A stretch of DNA of 63,954 nt, counting the filler, from Octopus bimaculoides (taxonomy: Eukaryota): NCBI RefSeq assembly GCF_001194135.2. It is 5 parts of 4 records of this genome, joined end to end, with 100 filler letters (N's around TTAATTAATTAA, not from the genome) between each part and the next. Parts side by side here need not be neighbours in the genome. Positions count along the whole stretch, not along the records: positions 1 to 31,497 come from NC_068986.1; 4 more parts are not named here. One strand, 5' to 3'. Below, in pieces: positions 1 through 10,545 of the stretch. Every line of letters begins with the position of its first letter. The first letter of the stretch is position 1. The notes under the pieces are model-generated. The model ran no database searches and had not been told where the DNA came from. It saw only the letters and a list, made by a program, of their open reading frames with translations. The position numbers and the translations under genes are program-made.

Positions 1-330
1 GCAGTTGTGGTGAAGATGGTGGTGGTGGTGGTGGTGATGGTTCCGTTGGAGGTTGTGTTATTAATGATGGTAATGATTGTAAAGATGGTAGTGGTGGTAG
101 TTGTAGTGGTGGTAGTGGTGGTGGTGGTGGTGGTGGTGGTGGTGGAAATGCTTCTGCTCTTTTTGATGGTGACGTCAGTGGTAACTTTGGTGTTGTCAGC
201 GATGGCGTTGTCGATGGTGAGAGATGGACGCAGTGGTTATGATGCTGCTGTTGTTGTTGTTGTTGTGATTGTTGCTGTTGTGGTTGTTGTTGTTGTTGTT
301 GTTAGAACCAGAGCAACCCTCATATAACAC
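1..330. repeat. Degenerate (GTG/GTT/GAT)n trinucleotide tract
   Basis: Direct reading; gives the poly-Val ORF 7..327. Confidence 0.9.
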
Positions 331-719
331 CCTACAGTCAATAACATTCCAACCGTGGCCATCACTCTTTTCAACACGAAGGAATAATTGACAAGCGTCT
401 TTCGGTCATTTATTAAGACATCGCGGGTGTGGTTTCAGTGAGACTTAATCCGGTGTTAAGTGGGGGGCGGCTTCTTTGGAAAAGGGGCGAATGGGATCAG
501 GCGGGGCTGGGATCAGACAATATTGCGTGTGGCATGTCATGACGTAGGTGATGACAATTTAGGAGGGTGTTTGATGGGGTCATATGTTGTGAGATTTGGT
601 GTTAGTCTCTGTTTGTAGTGTTGGTCCTTAGCGCTTGTTGTGGGTGATGATTTGTGCCTTTGGAAAGCGGGGTGGCTGTTAGGTTACCGGGGTTTCTTTG
701 GTGTAGTTAAGGGGATTAG

Positions 720-941
720 GTGGTGGTGATGGTGGCGGTAGTAGTGGGTGATGGGATTGTGATAGTGCTGATGGGGGCTTGTGACTATGGTGATGATGAT
801 GGCGGTGGTAGAGATTGAGATGGTGATAGTGGTAGAGCTGGTAGCGGTGATGGTGGTGTTGTTTAGTGGTAGTGGTAGTTGTGGTGGTGGTGGTGGTGGT
901 GGTGGTGGTGGTGGTGTTGGTGTTGTTGTTGTTGTTGTTGT
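720..941. repeat. (GTG/GAT/GTT)n tract running into an N gap
   Basis: Direct reading. Confidence 0.9.
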
Positions 942-1545
942 NNNNNNNNNNNNNNNNNNNNNNNNNNNNNNNNNNNNNNNNNNNNNNNNNNNNNNNNNNN
1001 NNNNNNNNNNNNNNNNNNNNNNNNNNNNNNNNNNNNNNNNNNNNNNNNNNNNNNNNNNNNNNNNNNNNNNNNNNNNNNNNNNNNNNNNNNNNNNNNNNNN
1101 NNNNNNNNNNNNNNNNNNNNNNNNNNNNNNNNNNNNNNNNNNNNNNNNNNNNNNNNNNNNNNNNNNNNNNNNNNNNNNNNNNNNNNNNNNNNNNNNNNNN
1201 NNNNNNNNNNNNNNNNNNNNNNNNNNNNNNNNNNNNNNNNNNNNNNNNNNNNNNNNNNNNNNNNNNNNNNNNNNNNNNNNNNNNNNNNNNNNNNNNNNNN
1301 NNNNNNNNNNNNNNNNNNNNNNNNNNNNNNNNNNNNNNNNNNNNNNNNNNNNNNNNNNNNNNNNNNNNNNNNNNNNNNNNNNNNNNNNNNNNNNNNCTGT
1401 GGTGCTGGTGCTGGTCTTTCTATGACATGGCTTTGTGGAAAGAGCGGTGAATTATTTTTATTTTTATTTTTGTTCGTTTCTTTTTTTTATCACAGAGTTT
1501 ATGGATGATGAACTGTTGTAGGCGTGGAGGTAAGACATGCGCACT

Positions 1546-1579
<34 letters not shown>

Positions 1580-1890
1580 GTGCTGCTGGAGGGCTATACG
1601 TATGGTCACAAGTATAGGTGTGAGTGTACGCATATGTATGTGGGCGCATACGTGTGTAAGTGTATAAGTATGCGTCCGTTCCTTTGTGTGCGTCGGGCAT
1701 GTATATGGATATTTATGCGTCTATATTTCTTTATGTCTCTGCCTAAGCTATATTTAGTGTCGGGTATATGTGCAGTTAAGGGTGGTGGGTGGACACAGAG
1801 CAAAGAAAGGAAGAAAGGCAGAAAGGAAGACGGAGAGAAGGAAAGGCACAGACAGAAAGAAAAGGGAAGGGTGTGGTGCAAAGGTGATTA

Positions 1891-2020
1891 ATGATTGATG
1901 TGACTGATGAAGACGATGAAGACGGCGACGGTTACGGTGATGCTGATGGTGATGGTGATGGTAGAAGTGCTGATTATGGTGACCGTGATATGATGACGAA
2001 GACGACCAAGTTAAAGGTGA

Positions 2021-2054
<34 letters not shown>

Positions 2055-2182
2055 GGTGGTGGTGGTGACGATCATCATCATAATGATGACGATGATGACA
2101 ACGCGACAACGACGACAACGATAGTGATGATGATGATGACGATGATGACGATGATGATGATGACGACGACTACCACACTGAT
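1891..2182. repeat. (GAT/GAC/GTG)n tract running into an N gap
   Basis: Direct reading. Confidence 0.9.
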
Positions 2183-3400
2183 NNNNNNNNNNNNNNNNNN
2201 NNNNNNNNNNNNNNNNNNNNNNNNNNNNNNNNNNNNNNNNNNNNNNNNNNNNNNNNNNNNNNNNNNNNNNNNNNNNNNNNNNNNNNNNNNNNNNNNNNNN
2301 NNNNNNNNNNNNNNNNNNNNNNNNNNNNNNNNNNNNNNNNNNNNNNNNNNNNNNNNNNNNNNNNNNNNNNNNNNNNNNNNNNNNNNNNNNNNNNNNNNNN
2401 NNNNNNNNNNNNNNNNNNNNNNNNNNNNNNNNNNNNNNNNNNNNNNNNNNNNNNNNNNNNNNNNNNNNNNNNNNNNNNNNNNNNNNNNNNNNNNNNNNNN
2501 NNNNNNNNNNNNNNNNNNNNNNNNNNNNNNNNNNNNNNNNNNNNNNNNNNNNNNNNNNNNNNNNNNNNNNNNNNNNNNNNNNNNNNNNNNNNNNNNNNNN
2601 NNNNNNNNNNNNNNNNNNNNNNNNNNNNNNNNNNNNNNNNNNNNNNNNNNNNNNNNNNNNNNNNNNNNNNNNNNNNNNNNNNNNNNNNNNNNNNNNNNNN
2701 NNNNNNNNNNNNNNNNNNNNNNNNNNNNNNNNNNNNNNNNNNNNNNNNNNNNNNNNNNNNNNNNNNNNNNNNNNNNNNNNNNNNNNNNNNNNNNNNNNNN
2801 NNNNNNNNNNNNNNNNNNNNNNNNNNNNNNNNNNNNNNNNNNNNNNNNNNNNNNNNNNNNNNNNNNNNNNNNNNNNNNNNNNNNNNNNNNNNNNNNNNNN
2901 NNNNNNNNNNNNNNNNNNNNNNNNNNNNNNNNNNNNNNNNNNNNNNNNNNNNNNNNNNNNNNNNNNNNNNNNNNNNNNNNNNNNNNNNNNNNNNNNNNNN
3001 NNNNNNNNNNNNNNNNNNNNNNNNNNNNNNNNNNNNNNNNNNNNNNNNNNNNNNNNNNNNNNNNNNNNNNNNNNNNNNNNNNNNNNNNNNNNNNNNNNNN
3101 NNNNNNNNNNNNNNNNNNNNNNNNNNNNNNNNNNNNNNNNNNNNNNNNNNNNNNNNNCCCCAAACACTGGCATAGATCAGCTGCATAGCTAATTTATAAA
3201 TCAGCCAGGAATTAGGATAGCATATTAATTTGCATAGTTGTGCGTCTGACAGATCGTCATTAATTAAGCAATATCTATTTCATGCACAAAACAACGTAAA
3301 TCTGAAGATCTGTCGTACAAGTAAATATTACTAAGACACACTGTAGTATAAATAATAATGTAAACATTCTATATTAGTGATGTACGGGAAAACGTTATGC

Positions 3401-3461
<61 letters not shown>

Positions 3462-3512
3462 ACTTTCTTTCTATCAGTTTATGTCTGCTTGTCTGTCTCC
3501 CCCCCTTTCTCT

Positions 3513-3560
<48 letters not shown>

Positions 3561-3600
3561 ATAGTCACATATACATGGTTATATATTGTGCATGTATATT

Positions 3601-3790
3601 CCGTATTTTAACGTGTATAAGGAACCCTCGTGTGTAAGGAACTCCCTAATTTGTGTGAGGGTGAGTGGCTTAAAATTTGGAAAAAAAGGTTTTGTAAGGG
3701 ATTATAATACTTTGCATGTATAAGTAACTCCCATACTTTTTAAATCTAATTTTTGACAAAAAGGCATTCCTTATACACGTAATTTGATTA
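3601..3790. mobile_element. Tc1/mariner (pogo/Tigger-like) MITE
   Basis: 14-bp inverted repeat ACGTGTATAAGGAA (3611-3624) / TTCCTTATACACGT (3767-3780); left end CCGTATTTTAACGTGTATAAG resembles pogo-type TIRs. Confidence 0.5.
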
Positions 3791-3875
3791 TAAAACACAC
3801 ACACAACATATACATACACAAACACACACACAACATATACATACACGCACACACATACTTCAAACTACCAGTTAA

Positions 3876-4074
3876 ACACCTTTCTTCTTTCTTTACTGCC
3901 CACAAGGGGCTAAATATAGAGGGGACAAACAAGGACAGACAAAGGGATTAAGTCGATTACATCGACCCCAGTGCATAGCTGGTACTTAATTTATCGACCC
4001 TGAAAGGATGAAAGGTAAAGTCGACCTCGGCGTAATTTGAACTCAGAACGTAACACCTTTCTACTGGCCATTCT
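3876..4074 (-). mobile_element. SINE family A (tRNA-derived), 5'-truncated, tail type 2
   Basis: Matches the full copy at 63071-63309; B-box GAGTTCAAATT on the minus strand. Confidence 0.9.
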
Positions 4075-4269
4075 CCTACGCACATGTGTAGGGAGACACA
4101 CAACAGACAGCCACTCCTACCAAAATTCTTCCTACGGCATTAAGCGACACAAAGTCCAACCACACACATACATAAACAGCCACAAGCACACACACATACG
4201 CACATACACGTGCTATCATTACACACAACCACACACACACACACCTCCTTCTCTTGCACTCTCCTGTCT

Positions 4270-4510
4270 TTGAAAAGAACTTTTTCTTCACCCATTCCCT
4301 TCCGGTCATTTTAATATGTGACCGCGTGTGTATTGTTGGTGATTTTCTTTCTCTGTCTTCCCTTCTTTGGACTTTTTCTATATTTCTGATGAAGAGCCCC
4401 GCTCGAAACGTGAAATCGTCTTTCTTTTCTTTCCTTTGTTGAGCGTCCAACAACACAGTACTTGTACCACGTCCTCGCGTTGTTGTTTTTTCTTGCTTGA
4501 AATTGTTTGG
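4270..4510 (+). mobile_element. Penelope-like element terminal repeat (pLTR)-type fragment
   Basis: Carries a minimal hammerhead motif; shares TTCCGGTCA and the GAAGAGC..GCTCGAAACGT block with copies near 10050 and 17250. Confidence 0.55.
4382..4416 (+). ncRNA. Minimal hammerhead ribozyme motif, probably inactive (GUG triplet)
   Basis: ATTT-CTGATGA-A-GAGC-CCC-GCTC-GAAA-C-GTG-AAAT: 4-bp stem I, intact core, 4-bp stem II. Confidence 0.6.
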
Positions 4511-4545
4511 ATTGACTATATATATATATATATATNNNNNNNNNN

Positions 4546-4612
<67 letters not shown>

Positions 4613-5235
4613 AACAAATATATATATATATACATCTTTATCTATATATCTTTGTGTGTGTGTGCGAGCGCGTGTGTATCTTTATGCATGCATATACATA
4701 GTGACAGACATACACACTGATATATGTAACAAGCGATCCCTGAATAATTTTAGGACAGATGAATCTAGGCTGATGGTCATTTGAACTTCTGAAATTCATG
4801 TAATTTATCCACAAACATAATATAACCCTCGCGACTAATTATTTGGGTATTAAACATAAAGAAATACATGGATTACTAGTGAATTGCCAGTAGAGTGGTA
4901 GAATTGTTAGAGCATCAGACAATGTGTTCTTCGCAGCATTTGGTTTACTTTCCGTATACAAATGTCGCTCAGTTTAATTTCGTCTTTAGACATTGAAAGA
5001 AGGGAACAAACAAGTACTGGAGGTTATTTGTTGGCTACCGCTCTGTGCCAGTATACAATGTACTAGCATCGTACGGTAGAGTTTCGAGCTCTTTAAATTA
5101 TTCCTAATGTAACTGAAACCATTATCGCGAAAGCGTGCTAAGAGAGCGCGGTCAGAGCACAAACGTTGCTGCTCACCAAAATTTATCGGTGGTTGGTTTA
5201 CAGTTCAGTACAATGATTCGGATCAGGGAAGTTAT

Positions 5236-5419
5236 TACATAATGATTAAGCGGCCTTCTGGTTGTGATCATCCTGTCTGTTCTTCTTTCTTATTATATTC
5301 AGTATTAACTCATCCTGCGTATTTAACTATTGTTAAGTTGGTGTGGTTTCATTTGAAGAAGATTATTTGCCATTTCTTGTAGATCGAACCACTGCGTAGA
5401 GGTTTCCTCACCATCTCAT
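5236..5419. repeat. 184-bp direct repeat, copy 1
   Basis: About 90% identical by eye to 6529-6712. Confidence 0.85.
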
Positions 5420-6021
5420 GCTTGTCTGAGTTGAATGTGAGAGATAGTGCTTTGAGGACCGTCCTCATTGTGAAAGGCTTTGTCTTATCAGATTTAAGAA
5501 CAATTCGAAGCTGTGAGTATTGTGTTATCCGGTAATAAGCTTTCTTGAATCATTGGAACATAAATGTGACGAGTGATTAAATTTTTGAGTGTTTTTTTTT
5601 CTTACTTGTTTTTAGCTTTTTACCTGTTTCTAGATTTTAATGTTATTAGTTACAAAAATGTACTTGCATAGCACATGACTTGATCTGAGATCGTGACGCA
5701 GCACGAAGTTTTCTCAGTAAACAGGTCGCCGTTTCAAAGTGACGAAAATATTTTGACACAATTAAATTTTAATGTTGAAGTGAAACTAACGGTTTCTGTA
5801 TGTTCTTAAATGGCTTAGAAGCATCTTCCACGCTGCAATTGTTAACGTTATTAGTGTTATAACGCAGGACTTTAAACGTTTTCCATATTTCTAATGTAAA
5901 GTATTTATTCTTAAGTATATTTTGTGGGCATCTATATCGTTGGGGAAGGAAGACAATAACAGCATTGATCGTTTTGTTGTTGTTGTTACTGTCACTGTCT
6001 GTGTTATTTCTCCTGTGTGAG

Positions 6022-6338
6022 GGTACATGGTTCATTGGTTAAGGGTGGTCAGCTCACGGTCGTAAAGCCGTAAGTTTAATACCCAGTAGGGTGTTGTGTC
6101 CTTGAGCAAAATACTTTATTTCACATTGCTCCAGTCCACTCAACCGGCAAAACTGAGTAGTACCCGTATGTTAAAAGACCAGCCTTGTCACCTTCTGTAT
6201 CACGCAGAATCTTCCCGAGGACTACATTAAGGTACGCGTGTCTGTGGAGTGCTCAGCCACTTGCACGTTAATTTCACGAGCAGGCTATTCTGCTGATTAG
6301 ATCAGCTGGAATATCGTCGTCATAACTAACGGAGTACC
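6022..6338 (+). mobile_element. SINE family C (tRNA head, CORE-like middle), degenerate
   Basis: GTGTTGTGTCCTTGAGCAAAATACTT motif; 3' half matches 13440-13610. Confidence 0.85.
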
Positions 6339-6528
6339 ATTTTTTTTTCTTTCTCGTGTAAACTCGTATATTTTCTCGATTATCTGGAAATAGTATTTGG
6401 TGGTGTGTGTGGGAATATATTGAAGATTTTATAAAGCACTTACCTTTAATGTCACTTTGAACTGAATCACAATCAATGTCGTTCACTGACGGTATTCGCA
6501 TAAACCATCTCTATTTCCATGTGTCAAG

Positions 6529-6712
6529 TACATATTGATTAAGCGGCCTTCTGTCTGTGATCATCCTTTCTGTTCTTCTTTCACATTATATTCAGTATTA
6601 ACTCATCCTGCGTATTTAACTATTGTTAAGTTGGTATGGTTTCATTTGAAGAAGATTATTTGCTATTTCTAGTAGATCGAACCACCGTGCAGAGGTTTCC
6701 TCGCCGTCTCAT
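6529..6712. repeat. 184-bp direct repeat, copy 2
   Basis: Co-linear with 5236-5419, offset 1293 bp. Confidence 0.85.
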
Positions 6713-7016
6713 ACGACAACCACAGCGAATTTGAGTACGATATATTCAGAGAGTATAAAACGGTTACTTTTCTCTGAAGCCTTCATGCATTCGCTTGACC
6801 TCCTTGAACTAGAAGCCAAATCTTCTTTACGTCCTCCACCTCTCACATTCTTAAAACGAATGAATATACTAGGATACCAACCAGCCTCAGACAGTCCTGA
6901 TTTCATATGATACAAACTTATTTCAAAGTGATCAAAATCACCTGTTTTAGAGTGTTCTAAATTAAAAACTTGCATCAATATCTAATCTTAGTTTATATAT
7001 AAACAAGCTTAATAAT

Positions 7017-7195
7017 GATTTCAGAGGTGGTCAATTGCAGGGGAGGTCGATTATATCTGGTAATTATTTCATCGATTCCGAAAGGATGAAAGGCAAAGTT
7101 GACCGCGGCAGAATTTGAACTCAGAACGTAAAGACAGACGAAATACCGCTAAGCATTTCGTCCGGCGGGCTAACGATTCTGCCAGCTCGCTGCCT
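7017..7195 (-). mobile_element. SINE family A with 17-bp target-site duplication
   Basis: TAAACAAGCTTAATAAT at 7000-7016 and 7196-7212; tRNA-like head with A- and B-box. Confidence 0.92.
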
Positions 7196-7214
7196 TAAAC
7201 AAGCTTAATAATCC

Positions 7215-7416
7215 CTTCTATTATAGACACAAGGCCTGAAATTTGCGGGAGAGGGATAGTCGATTACATCGAGCCCAGTTCTCAACAGGTATTTATTTAA
7301 TCGACCCCGAAAGGATGAAAAGTAAAGTCGACCTCGGCGGAATTTGAACTCAGAACGTAAAGACGGGCGAAATACCGTTAAGCATTTCGTCCAGCGTGCT
7401 AACGATTCTGCCAGCT
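7215..7416 (-). mobile_element. SINE family A, tail type 1
   Basis: Same body as the adjacent copy; head cut by an N gap. Confidence 0.9.
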
Positions 7417-7578
7417 NNNNNNNNNNNNNNNNNNNNNNNNNNNNNNNNNNNNNNNNNGTGGAGGTGTCGGCGGTGGTGGCGGTGCTGGTGCTGGTGGTGG
7501 TGCTGGTGGCGGCGGTGGTGGTGTTGGTGGTCTTTTGGTAGTAGTAGTAGTAGTATTAGCAGCATCAGCATCAGCAGC

Positions 7579-7616
<38 letters not shown>

Positions 7617-8144
7617 CGGTGGTGGTTGTGGTGTTATTGTTTAGATGCAATCCACACATGACCATCCAATCTTTTTGTATATGAAGGACGACAAAATTGT
7701 CTAATTTTGTTGTTAGTGGTGGTGGTGGTGGTGGTGGTGGAGTAATTCCAGCTGGTATTTGGCTGCTATTTCTAGCCGTTCGAGCGAATGCATAATGATT
7801 TCATCATCTTCTCATATGGCGATAATCGCCGTTGCTACTGCTGTTGCTGTTTAACCCCAGGACATCAGTGATCAAACAGAACTACGAACAAAGGCATCCC
7901 AGCTATGACCATTCCATTTGATTCATTCCTAAATATAGGAAATCCAGAATTGCATTACCCAGAGCCTCCTTTTGTAACACAGAAGACTATAACACAGAGG
8001 AGATTTCGCTGCTATTTCTAATACTTCGAACGCAAAAGCTCCCATTCATATTATTGTTGATCGTGACGCACTCACTCACTTGTTGTTTTTGTTATTTAAC
8101 TTCCGGTCAGTTTTGATAGAGGAGAATAAGATACACCGCGTTAC

Positions 8145-8273
8145 CTGCAGAAAGGCGTGTGGACTGTCATTATAGTTGCCGTGGTTGCAACTGAAGATGT
8201 CTGCCGCAGTATTAGAACCGTCGTCCTCTCGGCTATTTGTCCGGTAACTCAATCCACACGATCACGTGTTTGT
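8145..8273 (-). other. Candidate 129-nt spliceable exon (all frames contain stops; phase-0 frame has a single TGA)
   Basis: Acceptor TTTCTACTTCTCTAG|ACA, donor CAG|GTAACG; unique CpG-rich sequence. Confidence 0.3.
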
Positions 8274-8559
8274 CTAGAGAAGTAGAAACTATTTCTTAAT
8301 TAAATACGGGTTAGTATTGGTGTTGTTTTTTTGTGTGTTTCCTTTTATTTTTTTATTTTTTATTTTTTATTTCTTCTTTTTTTTTTGTTTGTTAATGAGA
8401 AGATCTCCTGTAGCGTTGAGGTGACGCTGTGTCAGGGTTTGTGCCTCGGGAATGATATTTGTGGGGAGCCTAGCGAAGTGGGTGATGCAGAGAGGAGAAG
8501 GAAACAAATAGCCAAAAAGAAGAAAAAGTGGGGGTGGGGAGAGCGGGGGAGAAAGTTTA

Positions 8560-8668
8560 CACAGAGAAAGAAAAAAGAAGAGAGGTAGCAAAAGTTGATG
8601 AAAGGACCAAAAAGAAAAAAGAAACAACAATCGACACAGAAGAGGTGTGACTTGCATCAGTAGGGCGA

Positions 8669-8702
<34 letters not shown>

Positions 8703-9110
8703 GGTGGTAGTGGTGGTGATGATGATGAAGAAGAGGAGGAGGAGGAGAGGGAAGGGAAGAAGAAGAAGAAGAAGAAGAAGAAGAAGAAGAAGAAGAAAAA
8801 GAAGAAAAAGAAGAAAAAGAAGGAAGAGGTGGTGGTGGTGGTGGTGGTGCTGCTGCTGCTGGTGCTGGTGATGGTGATGGCGGTGGTGGTGGTGGTGGTG
8901 GTGATGGTGGTGGTGGTGTAGGTAGTAATGGTGATGATGATGATGATGACAGATTTGTAGAACCATAACAATTCTGACGACAAGGACGATAATAATGACG
9001 ACGTATGGCGATGGCGATGGCGGACGATGATGACGACGACGACGACAACAACGATGATGACGACGACGTCGATGATGATGACGATGAGGATGATGATGAT
9101 GATGATGATG
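8560..9110. repeat. Compound (GAT)(GTG)(GAA)(GAC)n tract
   Basis: Direct reading. Confidence 0.9.
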
Positions 9111-9404
9111 GCTGTAAAAGTTGATGAGATGTGGATGGTTGATGTGATATCAGAGAACCCGTCGAAGTCGTCTGTCCCGGGGCAGTGATGTAATAAATAA
9201 CGTGGTGGTCAGATTCACAACTAGCCCCCGAACCCCCTACCTTCTCCTTACCGGAAATACACTAACTGAGACTCTGTGGGTGATTTAAACTTAATAACAG
9301 ATTCCTTAGAAATTAATTTCTGGAACCATTTTTATTCTCACCATCAACCGTTCCGTCTTGTGTTCCTTAAATCTAATTGTCTTTCTTTCTCTCTTTTCTT
9401 TTTT

Positions 9405-9446
<42 letters not shown>

Positions 9447-9707
9447 TTCCTTTCTTTCTTCCCCAATGAAACGCACACGGACATACATGTATACGCACAC
9501 ATACGTACGTACATTCATACACACATGTATAGACACATACATACATTTATTCATTCATACACACACACAAACACATACACACACACACATTCGTCTTCTG
9601 ACAATCTTTTCAAGACAATGTCATATCATGGCCGCTATCCAATGACTGAAACAAGAAAATAAAGACACAATATATAACAATATAGTATATTGTATTACTT
9701 TTCTACA

Positions 9708-9757
<50 letters not shown>

Positions 9758-9959
9758 CAGATGCGTGTGTGTGCGAGCGCGCGTGATTGTGAATGTGCGT
9801 AGCCTAGTGCTTAGGATGATGTGTGTATGTACGTACGTATATATGTATGTATGTATGTACATATGTATGTATATACACATTCACGTACACACACACATAA
9901 ATGTGTATCTAAAATATTCATATTTATGTACATAAGTATATATGGGAGAATATACAAAA

Positions 9960-10400
9960 AATAACAACAGACGAGGACAGGTGGTGTAAATAACAAAAGT
10001 ATATATTAGTATGACGCTCGGGAATACGGAAAGTCTTTGACGTTTCGAGCTACGCTCTTCAACAGAAAGAATACGGAGACAAGGAGAAAAACACGGAGAA
10101 AAAAAATTGAATAGTGTTCAGTCAACGGTCAATCATAATAATGGCCGATCATAACAATGGCTGACCGGAAGTTAGAAATTCTTATTTCAGGAGAGCTAAG
10201 AAAGGGGGAGATAACAAACGGTGATCGGGAACGAGGGGCTGTGTGTGGGAGGTAGACTGCTGGTGATCTTGACGTATGTAGTGTGAAAATGGGGGAAGGG
10301 AGAAAGGGAGAAAGTAGTTGGTCAGTTGTAGTGTGTGCGTGGTGTGATGCGAGGGTATTGGTGTGGTGTGATGTGAGGGTGTTGGGAGGTGGGGAAGTAT
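9960..10400 (-). mobile_element. Penelope-like pLTR-type fragment
   Basis: Hammerhead motif; its 3' part matches 17240-17362. Confidence 0.55.
10034..10070 (-). ncRNA. Minimal hammerhead ribozyme motif (core variant CUGUUGA, GUC triplet)
   Basis: Minus strand TCTTT-CTGTTGA-A-GAGC-GTA-GCTC-GAAA-C-GTC-AAAGA; perfect 5-bp stem I. Confidence 0.6.
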
Positions 10401-10545
10401 ATAACCATATATAAATAAACACATGCACTCGCACACTAAAGACCATGTCTAAGGACACAGCACTTCATCGGGGGCCGCAGATGCAGTCACCCGTTGGGGG
10501 TGTAGAGATGTGAATCCCGTCTGCTCCTGCCTATAGTAATACTTA

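Noticed and set aside
5664-5686. Resemblance to miR-153 (TTGCATAG...)
   Set aside because: Only the seed region matches and no precursor hairpin is evident
5236-6712. LTR pair of a TRIM
   Set aside because: Homology extends past the TG/CA positions; no TSD, PBS or PPT found
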